A DNA stretch of 64,000 nt from Batkoa obscura. Lineage: Eukaryota. Made by a program: the position numbers and the translations under genes. Under the pieces are notes generated by a model. It was not told the origin of the DNA and made no database searches. It saw only the letters and a program-made list of their open reading frames with translations. This document shows positions 63,922-64,000 of this stretch, piece by piece (position 1 is the first letter of the stretch; every line of letters begins with the position of its first letter). Location: assembly GCA_030770535.1 (NCBI GenBank), contig JASVEC010000018.1:1-64000 (forward strand), given 5' to 3'.

Positions 63922-64000
63922 CTTTTCTTTTTAAATAAAAAATAAAAAATAAAAAATAAAAAAAGTGTTTTTGATTGTTGATATTTGATTGTTTTGATAT

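Noticed and set aside
737..64000. Canonical telomerase RNA template (CTAACCCTAA-like) near TERT
   Set aside because: I saw no 9-11 nt template match outside the telomere by eye, only shorter teloboxes near 6.9-7.2 kb. An exhaustive search was not possible.

Overview
A very AT-rich eukaryotic chromosome end. Gene content, 40-60 nt GT-AG introns, poly-Asn tracts and intronless 7TM receptors suggest an early-diverging fungus, possibly Entomophthorales/Zoopagomycota-like; this taxonomy is inference. The window opens with about 736 bp of (CCCTAA)n telomere, joined exactly to the TGTGAAAT terminus of a fold-back built from two inverted pieces of a ~460-bp solo-LTR-like repeat. Four more copies of that repeat lie at 5.4, 21.6 and 22.9-23.8 kb, one nested inside another with a 4-bp TSD. 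A ~97-bp MITE with 4-bp AT-rich TSDs occurs at least 12 times in intergenic DNA. The rest is a compact array of about 22 genes: Ariadne E3 ligase, C2H2 TF, two GPCR-like paralogs, Spc24-like, Oma1, MYST HAT, ERG1, Tls1/C9orf78-like, MRPL1, ACS, an LRR protein, CUE3/ASCC2, a complete multi-exon telomerase reverse transcriptase (TERT, 32.4-36.5 kb), DUF4436-like, a CDGSH protein, HROB-like, MEMO1, TAF3-PHD, RAB3GAP1, GPATCH4, NOP16, URB2 and a domesticated multi-BED-finger hAT protein. The most notable points are TERT about 32 kb from its own telomere, the hairpin cap at the telomere junction, apparent insertion of the LTR-like family next to CCCT motifs, and patch-wise homogenisation among those copies. 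Exon boundaries were read by eye and family calls come from motif recognition, not database searches.
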